45,765 bases of DNA from Paraphysomonas bandaiensis. Taxonomy: Eukaryota; Protista; Chrysophyceae. The position numbers and the translations under genes were made by a program. The stretch covers positions 1 to 45,765 of the forward strand of contig CBFFRP010000417.1 of NCBI GenBank assembly GCA_965644295.1, in the 5' to 3' direction. Below, one piece after another: positions 20,601 to 33,426 of this stretch (positions are counted from its first letter, which is position 1; each line of letters begins with the position of its first letter). The notes under the pieces were generated by a model. It saw only the letters and a program-made list of their open reading frames with translations, was not told the DNA's origin and searched no databases.

Positions 20601-22037
20601 GTATGTATGATTTTACGTAACATCGTTTTTTGTTTTGGATTTTGAATATTTTCTTTCTCCAGTGTGGAATTTAATTACGAGTTGAATGAAAGTAATAAAG
20701 TTCAACACTGATGGCTACATACTTCTTCTTGTTGACCAAACTAAGCCACCCTCTACTACATAGTCAATATCCGATTTTAAGTAAATCTCAATGGGTGTAA
20801 CATAATATAAATTAAGTAGTAGAAATAATATATATTAGTGAATATACAAGAGAAAAAAAACAATTCAAAATAATAATTTAGTTAATCTAGCACTTGTAGT
20901 GCTCCTATACTACTCGACATCAATGACATATATTTGGAAAGCAAGATTTAGTACTATGAATCGTATGAATACTGAGGTGGCCAGGTTCCCTCTGCCCTTT
21001 ATCCAGTGCAAGCTGTTGCTGAGCTCCCGCTGTTCCTCAAGAGGGGTACCTTATGTCCCATGGATCAATAGTCGACCCACTATGAGTCTGGGTGTTCAAC
21101 CATTGAAAAGTTTAGGACAGCAATCAGTCATGACGGGGGAAGCGCCAGTTGGTTTGACCACATCCACAGTTCCAATAACATTCGGCCAAGGATCACTGGT
21201 GGGCTGCGTCAACATGGATCCCTCTACGTTCCACTGCGTGCAGAGCCCCGTGCAATGAATTTCACTGTCTACATGTGCTGTTCCACATGCCTCACCCTGA
21301 CCCCTGTAGAATAGTGAACTTTCAATCCGGGCGTCACCCTGAGCCCTAAATAGCTCCAGAGTCCTCCCCCTTTCCTCCTCAATTCACCAGAGCCTCCATT
21401 TCGCTCCAGAGGTGCAGCATTATAGTCATCGTCTGGCTAATCTAAACACACGCTTATTTCAGAAATGTGATGCACAATGCCGCAGAGGAGAGCATATACT
21501 CAAAGTAGTGTGCTGATAGTATTGCGCATATAATGAGCAATAGTTGAGTGTATATCTACAGGTCAGATGAGGTCATTCGCAGGTGTGGTGTGCAGGCGTA
21601 TCTAAATCGACCCCTTTCCCCAACCAGAACTTATCACCATAAATACTGCGAATCAGTTGAAAGTAAGAGCACCATCGTGTCAAGCACTATGAATTTAGTC
21701 TACCTGTATCGCCACATGGCCGCTATGAGCAATGACCATCTCCAAATACTCCAATTTATTTTAAGTGACTGTGATTTGCAGTCATCTGAGAGGGAAAAAA
21801 CGGCCATTTTGAAAAACCAAAAACTGAAATGAGGTCAAAAACCTCTTAAGGGGCTCACTTTGAGGATGAATATCAAAAGATTCAGATTATGAGTGCAGTT
21901 CGTCACTTAGAATGAAATATGGGTAAAATCACTACGTTTCTAATGATGCTTTCACTGCAATCAGACATGCATTGAGTGTTATTTTAAGTGCATCTGAAAA
22001 GTGCAAAAAAAACGGCCATAATAGATACCTGCCTTCC
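17628..22037 (+). mobile_element. Full-length pogo/Fot1-like (Tc1/mariner superfamily) DNA transposon, ~4.4 kb
   Basis: TIRs ggaaggcaggtacctataatggccg (17628) and cggccataatagatacctgccttcc (ending 22037), 25 bp with 2 mismatches, flanked by TA on both sides. An alternative boundary 17624-22041 is also TA-flanked. Encodes a DDE_1 transposase. Confidence 0.88.
17852..20384 (+). CDS. Pogo/CENP-B-family DD35D transposase (2 exons, ~821 aa)
   Basis: 67-bp GT-AG intron 18466-18532 joins the two ORFs in frame (DKAGYG|YSNAQM). N-terminal HTH-like region (YTVEERRAGL...YGVSIRT). Catalytic motifs NWDEIGF, IDGHSSH and APIDNG, with 35 residues between the 2nd and 3rd Asp. Confidence 0.88.
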
Positions 22038-22089
22038 TACATACATACATACATACATACATACATACATACATACATACATACATACT
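22038..22089. repeat. (TACA)n microsatellite abutting the right TIR of the transposon
   Basis: About 13 units directly visible; a short (TACA)4 tract also lies at about 17599-17613 near the left end. Confidence 0.95.
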
Positions 22090-22562
22090 AACGTATCGGT
22101 AATCAGCATCATATTTTTAGGAAATTAATTGAAGCAAAAATACCCTATAAAACTGCAATACAACTACTGCTGGAATACAGATAATTGTTGTCTCAATATT
22201 AGAGGCATCTTCGAACAAAAATATACAAAGCAAACACTGTACATACATACATACCATTTTGTACCCCACACAGCAGTATGGTGAACTGCTTCCCGTATCC
22301 ATCAAGTGCAAGTGCAATCGTATACCGGTATTGCCCTATATACAGAGGCTTGTACCCTGGGTGTACACACCTATACTCCTGTACATACGTACATCTAGAC
22401 TTCGCTCCCTGTTTTTTATCGTTGGAGTATATGCAGTGCAGTAGATGTACGTGCAGTAGCTATGCTGCCTATAATTGATAACAATATCCAGTCGATTAAA
22501 TACACACATCACTCAACCATTCCACCAATCACACCTTGATTCTTATATATCACCACCTCACA

Positions 22563-24780
22563 ATGTCTTCCATGAATGGAATGGCTTCAAAGTCCCCCTC
22601 TGTTGCTAAGAATACACGACGATCTAGTCCTGGGCCCGGCCTTAAGCCCTCTAATGGTTCATCTCGCCGTCCACAGACTCCTAACACCACATCTAAAGTA
22701 CCAGTGAACTCTACTAATGGTGATTCATCTCCTCGTAGCAACTCAACCACTAGAAGAGAGCAGGTTATGCGCATGCGTGAGCAGAAACTCAGAGAGCAGG
22801 AGGAGAACCTGACCTTTAAGCCAACTATTAAGCGAAGGGCTCAGAGGGACTCAACAGAGGGACCAACTAGTCCTGATGGTACTTTTAATAAGCTCTATGA
22901 AGAGGCTAGACAGCGGAAGGAAAAGAGTGCTTCTCTTGCCGCGAAGATTGCACCTCCCTTTAAACCCAACATCAGTGAGTTGGCCAAGTCGAAGGGCCGG
23001 GCGAGTACCCCTGAGGCAACGGCTGCGCGTCTTTATGGGACCACAGGAGCTGGTAGGCCAGCTCCGAAAGATCCTCCCAAACAAGAGGCTCCTACATTCA
23101 GACCACAGATTTCGAAAAGAGGGCAAGCTCTCGAGAGGGGCAGGGACATGTCTCCCGCTACGAGACTTTACGCACAGGTACCACCGACGAACACATGTTA
23201 TGCATGCCTATGTACGTTGAGTCAGTAGAATGCAATATACAAGCTTACTGTTATTGTACGGCCTCTTTTTGTGATTTGGTTGTTACATAATTTCGCCTAC
23301 TTGCTAGGCTCAAGCTAGCCAGGCGAGATTCGAAGAGCGCAAGCAGCGTATTGATCAAGAGAAGGTCAAAGACTGTACGTTTGCTCCAAAAACTAATGTT
23401 GGGAGAAGTGGTAGTTCGGGTAGGGTGAATTCCAAGACTAGCACTAAAAAGGACCCTACTGAAAATATAGCTACTCGTATGGCCCGCTACAACGAGCTAA
23501 GACAGCAAAAGATCGAGTCCCTCAAACAAGCACGACAGGCGGAGTTGTCCCAGTCAGCAACGTTTAAACCGACATCCTTTACATCCAAACATAAGCCTAG
23601 GGCCTCTACAGGGGGGGTGCCAGAGAGACAGGGTAGTCCTACAAGAGAGAGTGTTTTTACTAGACTCTCTCACGCGACTCCAAAGAAGCAGCAGGAAGCA
23701 CGCGAGGAGGACAAAGAGCTCACCTTCCGCCCCAACCTGATCGCCAAGCGTGATGTGTCGGTGAGAGCATGCGTATTCACAATTCATCTTTGTTGTAATG
23801 CTCTATGTTCTATCAGCCCAAACCAGGGGATCATGCATATGAGAACGTACACGATCGCCTCTATACAGAGGGCACACAAAGGATGCGGGAATTGGAGCAG
23901 GAGGTACGACCAGATTGTCATGATTATTTTTAGTAGGATAGTGGTGGCTACGTGTTTGTATTTTTATAAAAAAGTGTAGTGGTACTAATTACGTGTGCTT
24001 GCAGAAAGAAGAATTACGTAAGGAATTGGAGAAGGACCTCACATTTGCCCCGAATGTATGTGGTGTAGATGATGTGCTTTGTGCAAATGTATGCTTATGC
24101 CACTCGTTGTGGTGTGGTTGTGCAGGTTCGCAGGCGTAATGATGGTGGGGAAGGGGTCCGTGATAGTCTTAAAGGACCGGTATTCGAACGTCTTTCTGCC
24201 AGTAGGCAGTATGTGGACCAAATACTCACACAGATAAAATCTGAGTTCGAGATGGATGGATGTACTTTTCATCCCACTATTAATCCAACCTCGGAGGCCT
24301 TGGCCAAGTATGCAATCTGTATTCTATCTGCGTTATGGCGGTGACACTGTTCTTCGTAGGCACAATAGCACTCCTGTGCATCTACGCCTGGCTTCGGAGG
24401 CCGAGAGACTGAGGGAAGAGAACGAGAAGTTGCGGCAGAAAAAGCTGGAGGAGGAGACAAAAGACTGCACATTCGCACCAGAGCTCAGCCACGCTTTCAC
24501 CCACAGACACAACCATGGCCACGCGGTTTTTACCAAGAGTGAGTCAGACACAAGTGTTTTTGAACGATTGGCTAGGGATGCGCACAGACAGAGTGGAAAT
24601 GGGGATGGCACATCTACAGGAGAGAAGTGGATCACCAGTAGCACCTCTCTTCCTCCCCCCCCTCCTGCAGCAGCGGAAATTCATCTTACCCCTGAGCGCG
24701 CTAATAGTCTTGGCACTGAAGCCGCAGTGGCCCCGCCTGCTCCGCCTCAGCTTTCGGAGATGGACCAAGAGATGTACTGA
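22563..24780 (+). CDS. Low-complexity/coiled-coil protein with repeated '(F/Y)xRL ... (C/L)TFxP' units (6 exons, ~602 aa), probably cytoskeleton-associated
   Basis: Exons 22563-23177, 23308-23760, 23817-23903, 24005-24055, 24126-24307, 24360-24780 splice in frame via GT-AG introns. Motifs NLTFKP, PTFRP, DCTFAP, ATFKP, ELTFRP, DLTFAP, GCTFHP, DCTFAP. Function is inferred. Confidence 0.75.
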
Positions 24781-25489
24781 GAGGAGGCTTGGTCTGCGTG
24801 TGTGGACCACGTGCCGGTGTACTGGTCAGATGACCTGCTCGTACCGCAACTCTTTTTGACAAAATATATCTGTTGTGGTCGAATAGTTAATAATAGTAAT
24901 CGTAGGATGTGTGTAATGGTATCAGTCTTGAAACGTATTGTGCGTTTCCGTCATATCTTAATAATTTACGAGAATTTACGTGTGTGGATTTGAGACCATC
25001 ATTAACGTTGCAAAGTGAATGCGGTCATAACGGGAACGAAAATTGGTCACTTCAATTTCTGTTCTAATATTTAATTCAATGTTGTTTCTTATTCCCATTT
25101 TGTCTCAAAAAATTGTTGATCAGAATTTTGATATTCATAGCCAATTTGGAGCAGTGTCACATGGTCTTCTCGGGTTTGGGTCACGTCGTGCTTGTCAGAA
25201 TTATGTTCCTCACATCATACACACAGCATGCGAATCAGTTGCACTTGCAGGAGTTAAGAGTGATGTACATATATGTGATAATGATGTCAGTGACAACCCT
25301 CAACAAAGTCGGACTCGCACCTTTTCGTGGTGTTCTGGGGGATAAGTACCGGAGATATTTCTCCGGGAAACTAACGTGAGCCGCATATTATACAGTCAGC
25401 AGATATATTGTTCTGCCCACTCATAGCCAAATGCTTGTGTGGTACAAGGGACACTAATAAGTGTCACTTGTGTAGACGTCTTTGGGCCC

Positions 25490-25610
25490 TGACGAATAAA
25501 CAGGCATCCGGGAATGGGCCCACCTCAAGGGCATCCGGGACAGGGCCCACCAGAAGGGTAACCGGGGTATTGGGCTGCCTGCTGAAGTTAAGCATCCGGG
25601 ATGTTCACCT
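25490..25610 (-). repeat. Dispersed repeat, copy B, with an extra internal ~26-bp duplication
   Basis: Reverse complement of 15505-15598; contains gggcccacc twice. Confidence 0.85.
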
Positions 25611-27030
25611 TAAGAACTCAAAACACCTGAAGTCAGCAGATGTCAGGTATATCAACATTCTGCTTGCTCCCTGCGTTTGCTTTGAGTGATTGATGCTGAG
25701 TATGAGTTCACATTATTCGGTATCTGTGTGGCCGGCCAATGACCGAGGTAATGCGTCAAACTTTCCTCATGGATGCATGGCAATGGCAATGATGTGATTA
25801 GACCTGTCATGTCTTCTCACACGTCTACTGCCTAGTCTTGGTTTCTCCTGACCCAGGTCATTGAGATTATATCAAGGCTCTGGCACTGTTCTCCAAGCAG
25901 TGTCAGGTACATTTGTGGTGCTTTTATGTTATTCTTGCTTAGTAGGTTTTCATCCGAGCGGGGAAGGTGCACGGTTTCCTACTAGTGTAAGTCACTCGGG
26001 AGAAGAGTGCAAGGTGGATGCATGTGCTGGATGAGTGCACACAATGGAGGGAAGACATTGGAGTCAGCTTGAATTTGTAACAGATTTTGGTAGATGTCTG
26101 TTTCATGCGTCAGTGTGCAAAATTACACCAGTGAGACCGCTTCGTGACCGTGGGAGGACCCGGCGCTATAGCTACTTTATTCTCCCTTCCAGACTACCTG
26201 CTGCTGTGAATACCACCTTGAAGAGGGCCCTAAAGATCTGCCGCATATACAGGAGACATATGCCGAAGACACCGACCGCAAGTTGTTTGTGTTAGGACAA
26301 GTAGATTGGGCAGGAGCGTATGATCCGGCTTAAACACGCAACTCGTCGTATGCCCATGTAGCTAACTAAATCGTGTTGTATAGTTGAGCACTTGTCGGTG
26401 CATGCAATAGTAACTAGATGAGAGTCATGTTATGCATAGTGTCGCGCGAGTTGTTAGGTTGGTCGCGGCAACGCACAAGCTTGCGCTTCTTAATAATCAG
26501 ATTTTCAACATGTCAGTGACAACAAGAAGCCTCACGTGACTACAATTTATCACACTCATTATCATATTTATGTAAGAATTTAAAATTTAAATGCCTTGTA
26601 GCTGATATTTCCTCAGTATATTTGTTGCAGCTCTTATTCAAATTTGGGAATTTATTGTTTTGAGTTACAATCGTCATTGATTTGAAACAATAATTTGATT
26701 TTCATTTGTTTTTTTAAAGTTAATCAGGGAGCACCTATTTTCTCGTACCGCAAGCAATACATTTTAGGTATATTAGATCCTCAACATCATTATTAATATA
26801 TATAAGCAACAATTAAACCTAGGAGTTTTAGAAGTACTGTCCCTTTCTACAAATTTTAGGATTAATGTCGGTGCATGTTGTTGTCATATCTGTGCATTGT
26901 AATTGATATAAAAATATAAGTGACACTGATGCCCCCCAGACGGCAAGATTTCATGACGTTTGGTTCGAAGGGAACTTGAAGAAATATATGGATATTCTGT
27001 TCAGAGAACGAAGAAGAGATTATTCCTGTT

Positions 27031-27252
27031 TATGCTACTTGAGCGGTGGAGTCCTGTCAATGCTACTATGAAATATCTCTTTTTCTATACTCTAATTCTG
27101 CTTTGACCTGATCTATGCTGCGTTGATTTCACTTTACCTGCTATGCTACTTGAGCGGTGGAGTCCTGTCAATGCTACTATGAAATATCTCTTTTTCTATA
27201 CTCTAATTCTGCTTTGACCTGATCTATGCTGCGTTGATTTCACTTTACCTGC
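27031..27252. repeat. Perfect 111-bp tandem duplication
   Basis: tatgctacttgagcggtgg...cactttacctgc starts at 27031 and again at 27142. Confidence 0.95.
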
Positions 27253-27656
27253 TGTGTGACTTCATCGTTCTTTAATGCGTAGTTATATGTGAGTACGTTT
27301 TATGACTAGGTTTATAACTAACAATGACTAGTAGGTTGAATCATTTATTACTTTATCTAATAACCAGGCAGCTAAAAGTTATAAGTAATATGTCTTTTGA
27401 AAGAAATATCTTTGTTAAAAATAATAACATTCTCGAAAGAATGGAAATTCATTATTAGAAGATGTATGCCAATTGAATGATCACACGTTATCATCCAAGC
27501 GTTAACACGAAATCTCTACATAACATCTCTCGTCTACCTAGATATCTGCATTCCATAATCGAATTTACCCAATAAAATGTCCTAACCAAACCACTTCGAC
27601 TGCACTTTTCACTTTTTCTATTCAAGCACATCTTGGCTAGCAGCAGTGACACCTTT

Positions 27657-29746
27657 CTAGTCCACTTTGATGGACCCGTATATCTGGGTATTGAACCAGT
27701 AACACGCGTTGAAGCCAATGGTTCCCGTAATTAGGAAGAATGTGAGGGAGATAACACTCATGTACCCAAAGTATATGAGAATTGGTACTGTCCCATCCAA
27801 ATCGAGTTCGGTCATGTAATACCAGATGGAATAGATGAATGTGTACCCCGCGCATGCTCCAGAAGTGAGGAAGGATCGCCACCACCAATGGTAGTCTTCG
27901 TTGCAGAGCTGGAAGTAGCAGAGTAGAATAGATATTTCAGCACAGGTGACAACCAGCACTATCATAACCAAGAAGAGAAACCCAAATATGTAGTAGATCT
28001 GGTGGAGCCATAGAGCAGAAAGAATAAAGAATAGCTCCACAGAGACTGCTCCGAAGGGCAATACCCCTCCCAAAGCGATGGTGATCACAGGATGCAAGTA
28101 CCAAGCCTGTGTGGGGATAAGCCGAGGAATTTGATTCGTACGTACGGGGTGTGTGGGTGCCTCTTTTTTGTATCCAAAGAATGAACCGAGAAAGACAAGG
28201 GGAACGGAGACACAGAACCACAGAAAGAGGAGGGTAAAGAAAGTGCTCAAAGGGATGGCTCCACTGGATCCCTCAGTCAAGAGCGCAAAATTTAGTGTGA
28301 AGTACACAACAAATACAACTCCAGGGTAAAACAGAGCCGTCAGTACTGTAGCGCGCTTCCATTCTGTCCCGCGGAACATCTTGTAGGTCCTGGAAGAGTG
28401 ATACCCCGCAAACGAGCCCATGAACACGAAGAGCAAGATGAAGGCAGTTGTTAGGGACCCACGGTTGTCCGGAGAGAGCAAGCCCAGAAGAGAGAAGGTG
28501 AGTGTCGCGACGCTCATGCATATCAACTGTACACCAGTACCAACAAATACACTGCGAGAAAAAGTAAATGTAACTTAGAATAGTCATATATAGCTCCCAC
28601 CTGAGGAGCATAGGGAAAGTGGTAGGTGGGCGAAACACGTCTCCATGACACATCTTCCATCCGCTCTCTTCCCGAGCTTCATCACTGGTAGCCATTTCAT
28701 TATAGCTGGCGATATCTTTTCTGAGGGCGCGTAGCAGGATCATAGCGATCATCACAGTGAGGAAGAGTACTATCATGATGCTGTTGGTAATGCTGAACCA
28801 ATGGACCTTGTCGCTACCCGGAGAATCTAAAATATAGGTGTCCCAGCGATTGGCCCACTCCATGTCAGAGGATTCCCAGTAAACGTCGTAAGAGAACACC
28901 ACAGTTTCGCCCCTCTTCACCTGCTGGAAGTTGTTCCTGTCATTGGTGGGATTTGTGACAGAATTACATGTGTTGAGAGTAGTCACGCCTTTCACGAATC
29001 TTTCATCATTCCAGGTGTGATGAATAGACATAGGTTCTACGCGGAATCCTACTATCTTGGCAGGAGGGACACCCTTGGAGGGATCAAGCTCCTCATTTTC
29101 CTCCGCGGTGTTGTCATGATACTGGATAATGATGCGGATGTGGTTATTCAAATAGCGCTTCACCACCCCATTCTCAATAGATGTAAACCCAATAGGGAAC
29201 CCACGATGGAAAGTGTCATCAGTTCTATCACGCACACCCACGGGGAGGTTGTCTACAATCCAGTGCACGCGGTACTCCTCATCAATAGCCTTGGAGAACT
29301 CATCTGCCCCCGTGCGGCGGAGAGTGGTCACACACGCCACCTCACATGCCTTGGGTACCTTCATTTGAATCTACACATAGATTATTCAGTCATATTCTAC
29401 AGAAGTATTATATATATTACCCTGTAAACTGAATTTTCAATTCTATCGCCGCTGAGAACTTCGCCGAGATTCTCAGACTGTTCTCTGGCATGCTTCGGCT
29501 TACAATACGGCAACGCGTAATAGTCATAAGGAATCTGCGTCTTCGTAGATGTGAGTTTAGTCACGAAGAGTTTGACCTGTAAATATATATATATGAGGGA
29601 TCTAACTGTGATATATATATGGGTATATTTATTACATCTTCATATTGTTCATAGGAGTAGGGCGCCACACCAGGAAGATAAAACGATGCTGAGACATGTG
29701 AGGCTAAGAGGGAGAGGAAGAGGATAATACAAGATGGGGATATCAT
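27657..29746 (-). CDS. TM9SF4: Transmembrane 9 superfamily (nonaspanin/EMP70) protein, TM9SF2/4-like (4 exons, ~643 aa)
   Basis: Exons 29746-29636, 29576-29421, 29370-28601, 28551-27657. Signal peptide then FYLPGVAP; SENLGEVLSGDRIENS; VHWFSITNS; EESGWKMCHGDVFRPP; PVRTNQIPR; EDYHWWWRSF; C-terminal YGSIKVD. Paralog assignment (2 vs 4) is uncertain. Confidence 0.95.
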
Positions 29747-29853
29747 GGTTAATTTAATTCCCACTGTGTATGTGTATGTTAGATATGTGTTGAGGGGATT
29801 TTAAATGCGCTGCGGAGGCATGAAATATGAAGCTGCAGGTGAGTGACTGGGAC

Positions 29854-30478
29854 TGTATGTATGTATGTATGTATGTATGTATGTATGTATGTATGTATGT
29901 ATGTATGTATGTATGTATGTATGTATGTATGTATGTATGTATGTATGTATGTATGTATGTATGTATGTATGTATGTATGTATGTATGTATGTATGTATGT
30001 ATGTATGTATGTATGTATGTATGTATGTATGTATGTATGTATGTATGTATGTATGTATGTATGTATGTATGTATGTATGTATGTATGTATGTATGTATGT
30101 ATGTATGTATGTATGTATGTATGTATGTATGTATGTATGTATGTATGTATGTATGTATGTATGTATGTATGTATGTATGTATGTATGTATGTATGTATGT
30201 ATGTATGTATGTATGTATGTATGTATGTATGTATGTATGTATGTATGTATGTATGTATGTATGTATGTATGTATGTATGTATGTATGTATGTATGTATGT
30301 ATGTATGTATGTATGTATGTATGTATGTATGTATGTATGTATGTATGTATGTATGTATGTATGTATGTATGTATGTATGTATGTATGTATGTATGTATGT
30401 ATGTATGTATGTATGTATGTATGTATGTATGTATGTATGTATGTATGTATGTATGTATGTATGTATGTATGTATGTAT
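29854..30478. repeat. (TATG)n microsatellite, ~625 bp (~156 units)
   Basis: Uninterrupted tetranucleotide array. Confidence 0.98.
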
Positions 30479-30672
30479 ACAGCCGTTAACCTGCTGCTGC
30501 TGAGGCTATTTTCATTATCATAATCAGAACTGGGAACTGCTTTTCTCTGTGAATTCGTTTGGTCTACGCGGGAAGTTGCCGCTTACAGCTTTTAAAATCA
30601 ACAAAGTGTAGAGAGTATTTCTTCTACAAAATGTAGCTCTTTAAAATTAAGAACAACTCATAGAGTTTTAAA

Positions 30673-33353
30673 ATGTCGCATTATATTCAAACCAAGTGCG
30701 TCTATACTCTTGACAGATTTGTGAGCGCAATAATTGCGAAAGATATGGGCGATATAGTGGACGATCAAAGGCAACAGTTTGGAAAGTGTGTGATTAATAA
30801 GTTACCAATTGATTCTGTCTCCCAGCCCAACAAATCAATATTTTTTTCGCAATTACTTCAGACAATTGGAGATATTGGGGATAAAATCTATTGGAAGTGT
30901 GAGGAATGCTTCTCTGATGACTCTCAAGATCAGATAATTTTTTCTGCTTCTGCTGCATCTGGAACGGGTAAAACTCATTGAGCGTATGCTGCCGGAAAAT
31001 ATTTGTTTTCAATCATAAATCGAGTTGGTAGCCCAACCAAGGATGTAAACGGTGGAGCAGAACTTAGTGGACCATGGAATTGTCTCATCAGCGTCATTAC
31101 AGACATAACAAGTTATTACCAGAAGCAATATGATGTGGAAAGCGTGGCAGGGTTAACCTTCGAATTTCGCAGAGAATGTGCACATTATGCATACCTCTGT
31201 ATTAAGCTGTTAATTTGTTGCTACGTCAGTTGATGCCCTTTGCTTAGATGTTTCATCATCTTTAACCTTAGAACAAAAGAGAGAGTTGCTTTTGCGTTTC
31301 CATAGGAATGGGATATCAGAATGCTTTGTACGCAATCGTTTCATGGATGAGTTGATGCAGCATCGTAATCCAGATATAAATATAAAAGAATGTTACATTC
31401 TAAATGGTGACTCAGTTGACAATTTTTGTGGTCAATTGAGGGACTGTGAAGAACTGTCAGGGCAGCAGTTGCTGATCTGCTTCGATGAAATAAATGCTCT
31501 CAACTGCAAATTCCCTTTTCTCTTCCTTCACATAGAAGCTTATGAGTGTCAGAGCGAAATTCGACCACCATCTTCTACTCCATATGAAAGTGATGATGAC
31601 AACATTCACAGAGGGATTTTGTATGCAGTTGCCAGCTGTATGGTCTCTCTCTCGAAAGCAACAAAATGGGCAATGTTAATGACAGGCACTGCGTTTTCGT
31701 TAACTCAATTTTCTTGCACGGGACAGGACTTGTCACCTGTTCGAGGTTACGTGAAAGATGTGGCCCCCGACAAGAAACTACAAGTCGGTGATATGCACTC
31801 TTTGCTGAAATACTATTTTACGCTGTCTGAAGACGTCCTTGAGAATGAGGACGTTATGACGATGTTGAAGCAATGTTGTGGGAGGCCTCATATTTTTGTC
31901 AATGTTGTATTTTAACCACTCTTTGATAGACTTCGCCGACTTGAATGCAAAGCGGACGAGGTGGACGCCTCATTGTTGTTGGGTGAATGGAAAGATCGCC
32001 AGATAGAAATTGAGCGCATCTACAAACGATTATTCCGGAGTCTTCTCCACGAGTACCTCCTCACGATAGCGATGGCACAACGAAATGTTTGGTGCCACTG
32101 TTGCTCTCAGCGTTGCTCTTTCAAAAGGGAATCATGACTCTTCCCAACGATCAGGTTGTCGCGGAAGCTGTTCGTTGCAGTATTGTACCAGTGACATCGT
32201 CAGCGGGTGATAGCCTTGTGGATGTGGCGAAGGAACCAATTGTGGAGGCTGCGCTGTGGAAAGTGATATCAGACCTTGCCGAAAATCGGATGGAATATGT
32301 CATGCGTTTGCTTCTAAGTGGAATCAATTGTCAAGACAAAGGCAAAACGGCAGAAACTGCGTTTTGTTATTATGTGGCGTTATGTTCTGCTGTTAACTTA
32401 CGGGTAGGCCGACATAATATGCTGAGTGTACTACTCGCCCCTTTTTTCGAGGAGTCGTCGCAGCAGCCGCCACATCTGTCGTGTTTTACTTGCGAAGTCA
32501 CTTCTATTTTTGACATGTCCGTATGGCGCACTGGCAGATGCTTTCTCTGGGCTTTCGTTCGGGAGGATGGCTCATATGACACATCCATTATGCTTGTTAA
32601 CATCCCCGACAATGCAGGGCCCGATGTGGCGTTTCTGGTTGTAAATGAAAATGTTCCATTGGATTCTCCCCTTCGTATTAGAGTTGTTGTCGTTCAACTA
32701 AAAAATCGCAAGGAAGGGAACATGAAAAGTGCGCTGCTCACACTTCACCCGGGTACGCAATATATGACCAACCCGCAGCGGCAGTATGCAATAAAGTACT
32801 GTCATCTCAACCATATTTTTCATAGGACCTCTAATGATGATATGAAATTATTTCCTGGTAGTAAAGCAAGTGGTATCGGGTTTAGAGATTGGAATGATTA
32901 TCATAATGAGTTTGCTTTGCAGCATCCGCTTCTATGCACCAATTGGATTAGAATGGCTGCATTTGCGCAGCCAATTAAGCAAAGGTTTACTCCTTCCTGC
33001 AAGATTTTCCATCGAAATTGTGCAACCTCTATCGTCGAGCCGAAATTAATGAAGAAGCTAGAGTAGCGGTGTCAGAAGGAAAAAGCAATTGTGGTGAGGA
33101 TGAGAAGCAAAGCGATAGTGAAGATGAAGAGGAGAAATACGGAAATGAAGAACTCAGAAGATTGAGTGATGCTGCTGATAGCAGTCCTCTCGTCGTTCTG
33201 ACAATGAACTCCTCATCTTGGTTGTCGGAAAAATTTCGAGACGATTTTATTGATAGTTCCACGTCTCAATTGTCACTACCTTCGTCGAAAGACGCGATCT
33301 TGTATATGGACGCCCTGCATGTTTCCGTCGTTCGCGATGCGAAATGCATGTAG
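30673..33353 (+). pseudogene. Disrupted P-loop NTPase + PD-(D/E)xK nuclease gene (Crinkler/RHS-type NTPase-REase architecture)
   Basis: Walker A AASGTGKT, Walker B LLICFDE, MLMTGT, CCGRP, and later GPDVAFL...VVVVQLKN. In-frame stops at 30979-81 and 31913-15, and frameshifts near 31230, 32050 and 32985, with plausible protein continuing across each. Confidence 0.72.
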
Positions 33354-33426
33354 TATGATTTGAAATTCTGGGTTAAGGTTAGTAGTAATAGTAGTAGTAA
33401 ATAAGATTGTGTGGTATACCCTAAAG

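Noticed and set aside
25043-26560. Short ORFs, small hairpins (ccggaga-tatt-tctccgg) and a 14-bp direct repeat atgtcagtgacaac (~25284, ~26510) as a possible LTR element
   Set aside because: No recognisable protein motifs, long LTR similarity, PBS or TSD.
29827-30523. Three MYVC-repeat ORFs
   Set aside because: Translations of the (TATG)n microsatellite.
30979-31915. In-frame TGA and TAA as stop-codon reassignment or selenocysteine
   Set aside because: Two different stops plus three frameshifts in one gene, while neighbouring genes end normally at TGA, TAA and TAG; pseudogenisation is simpler.
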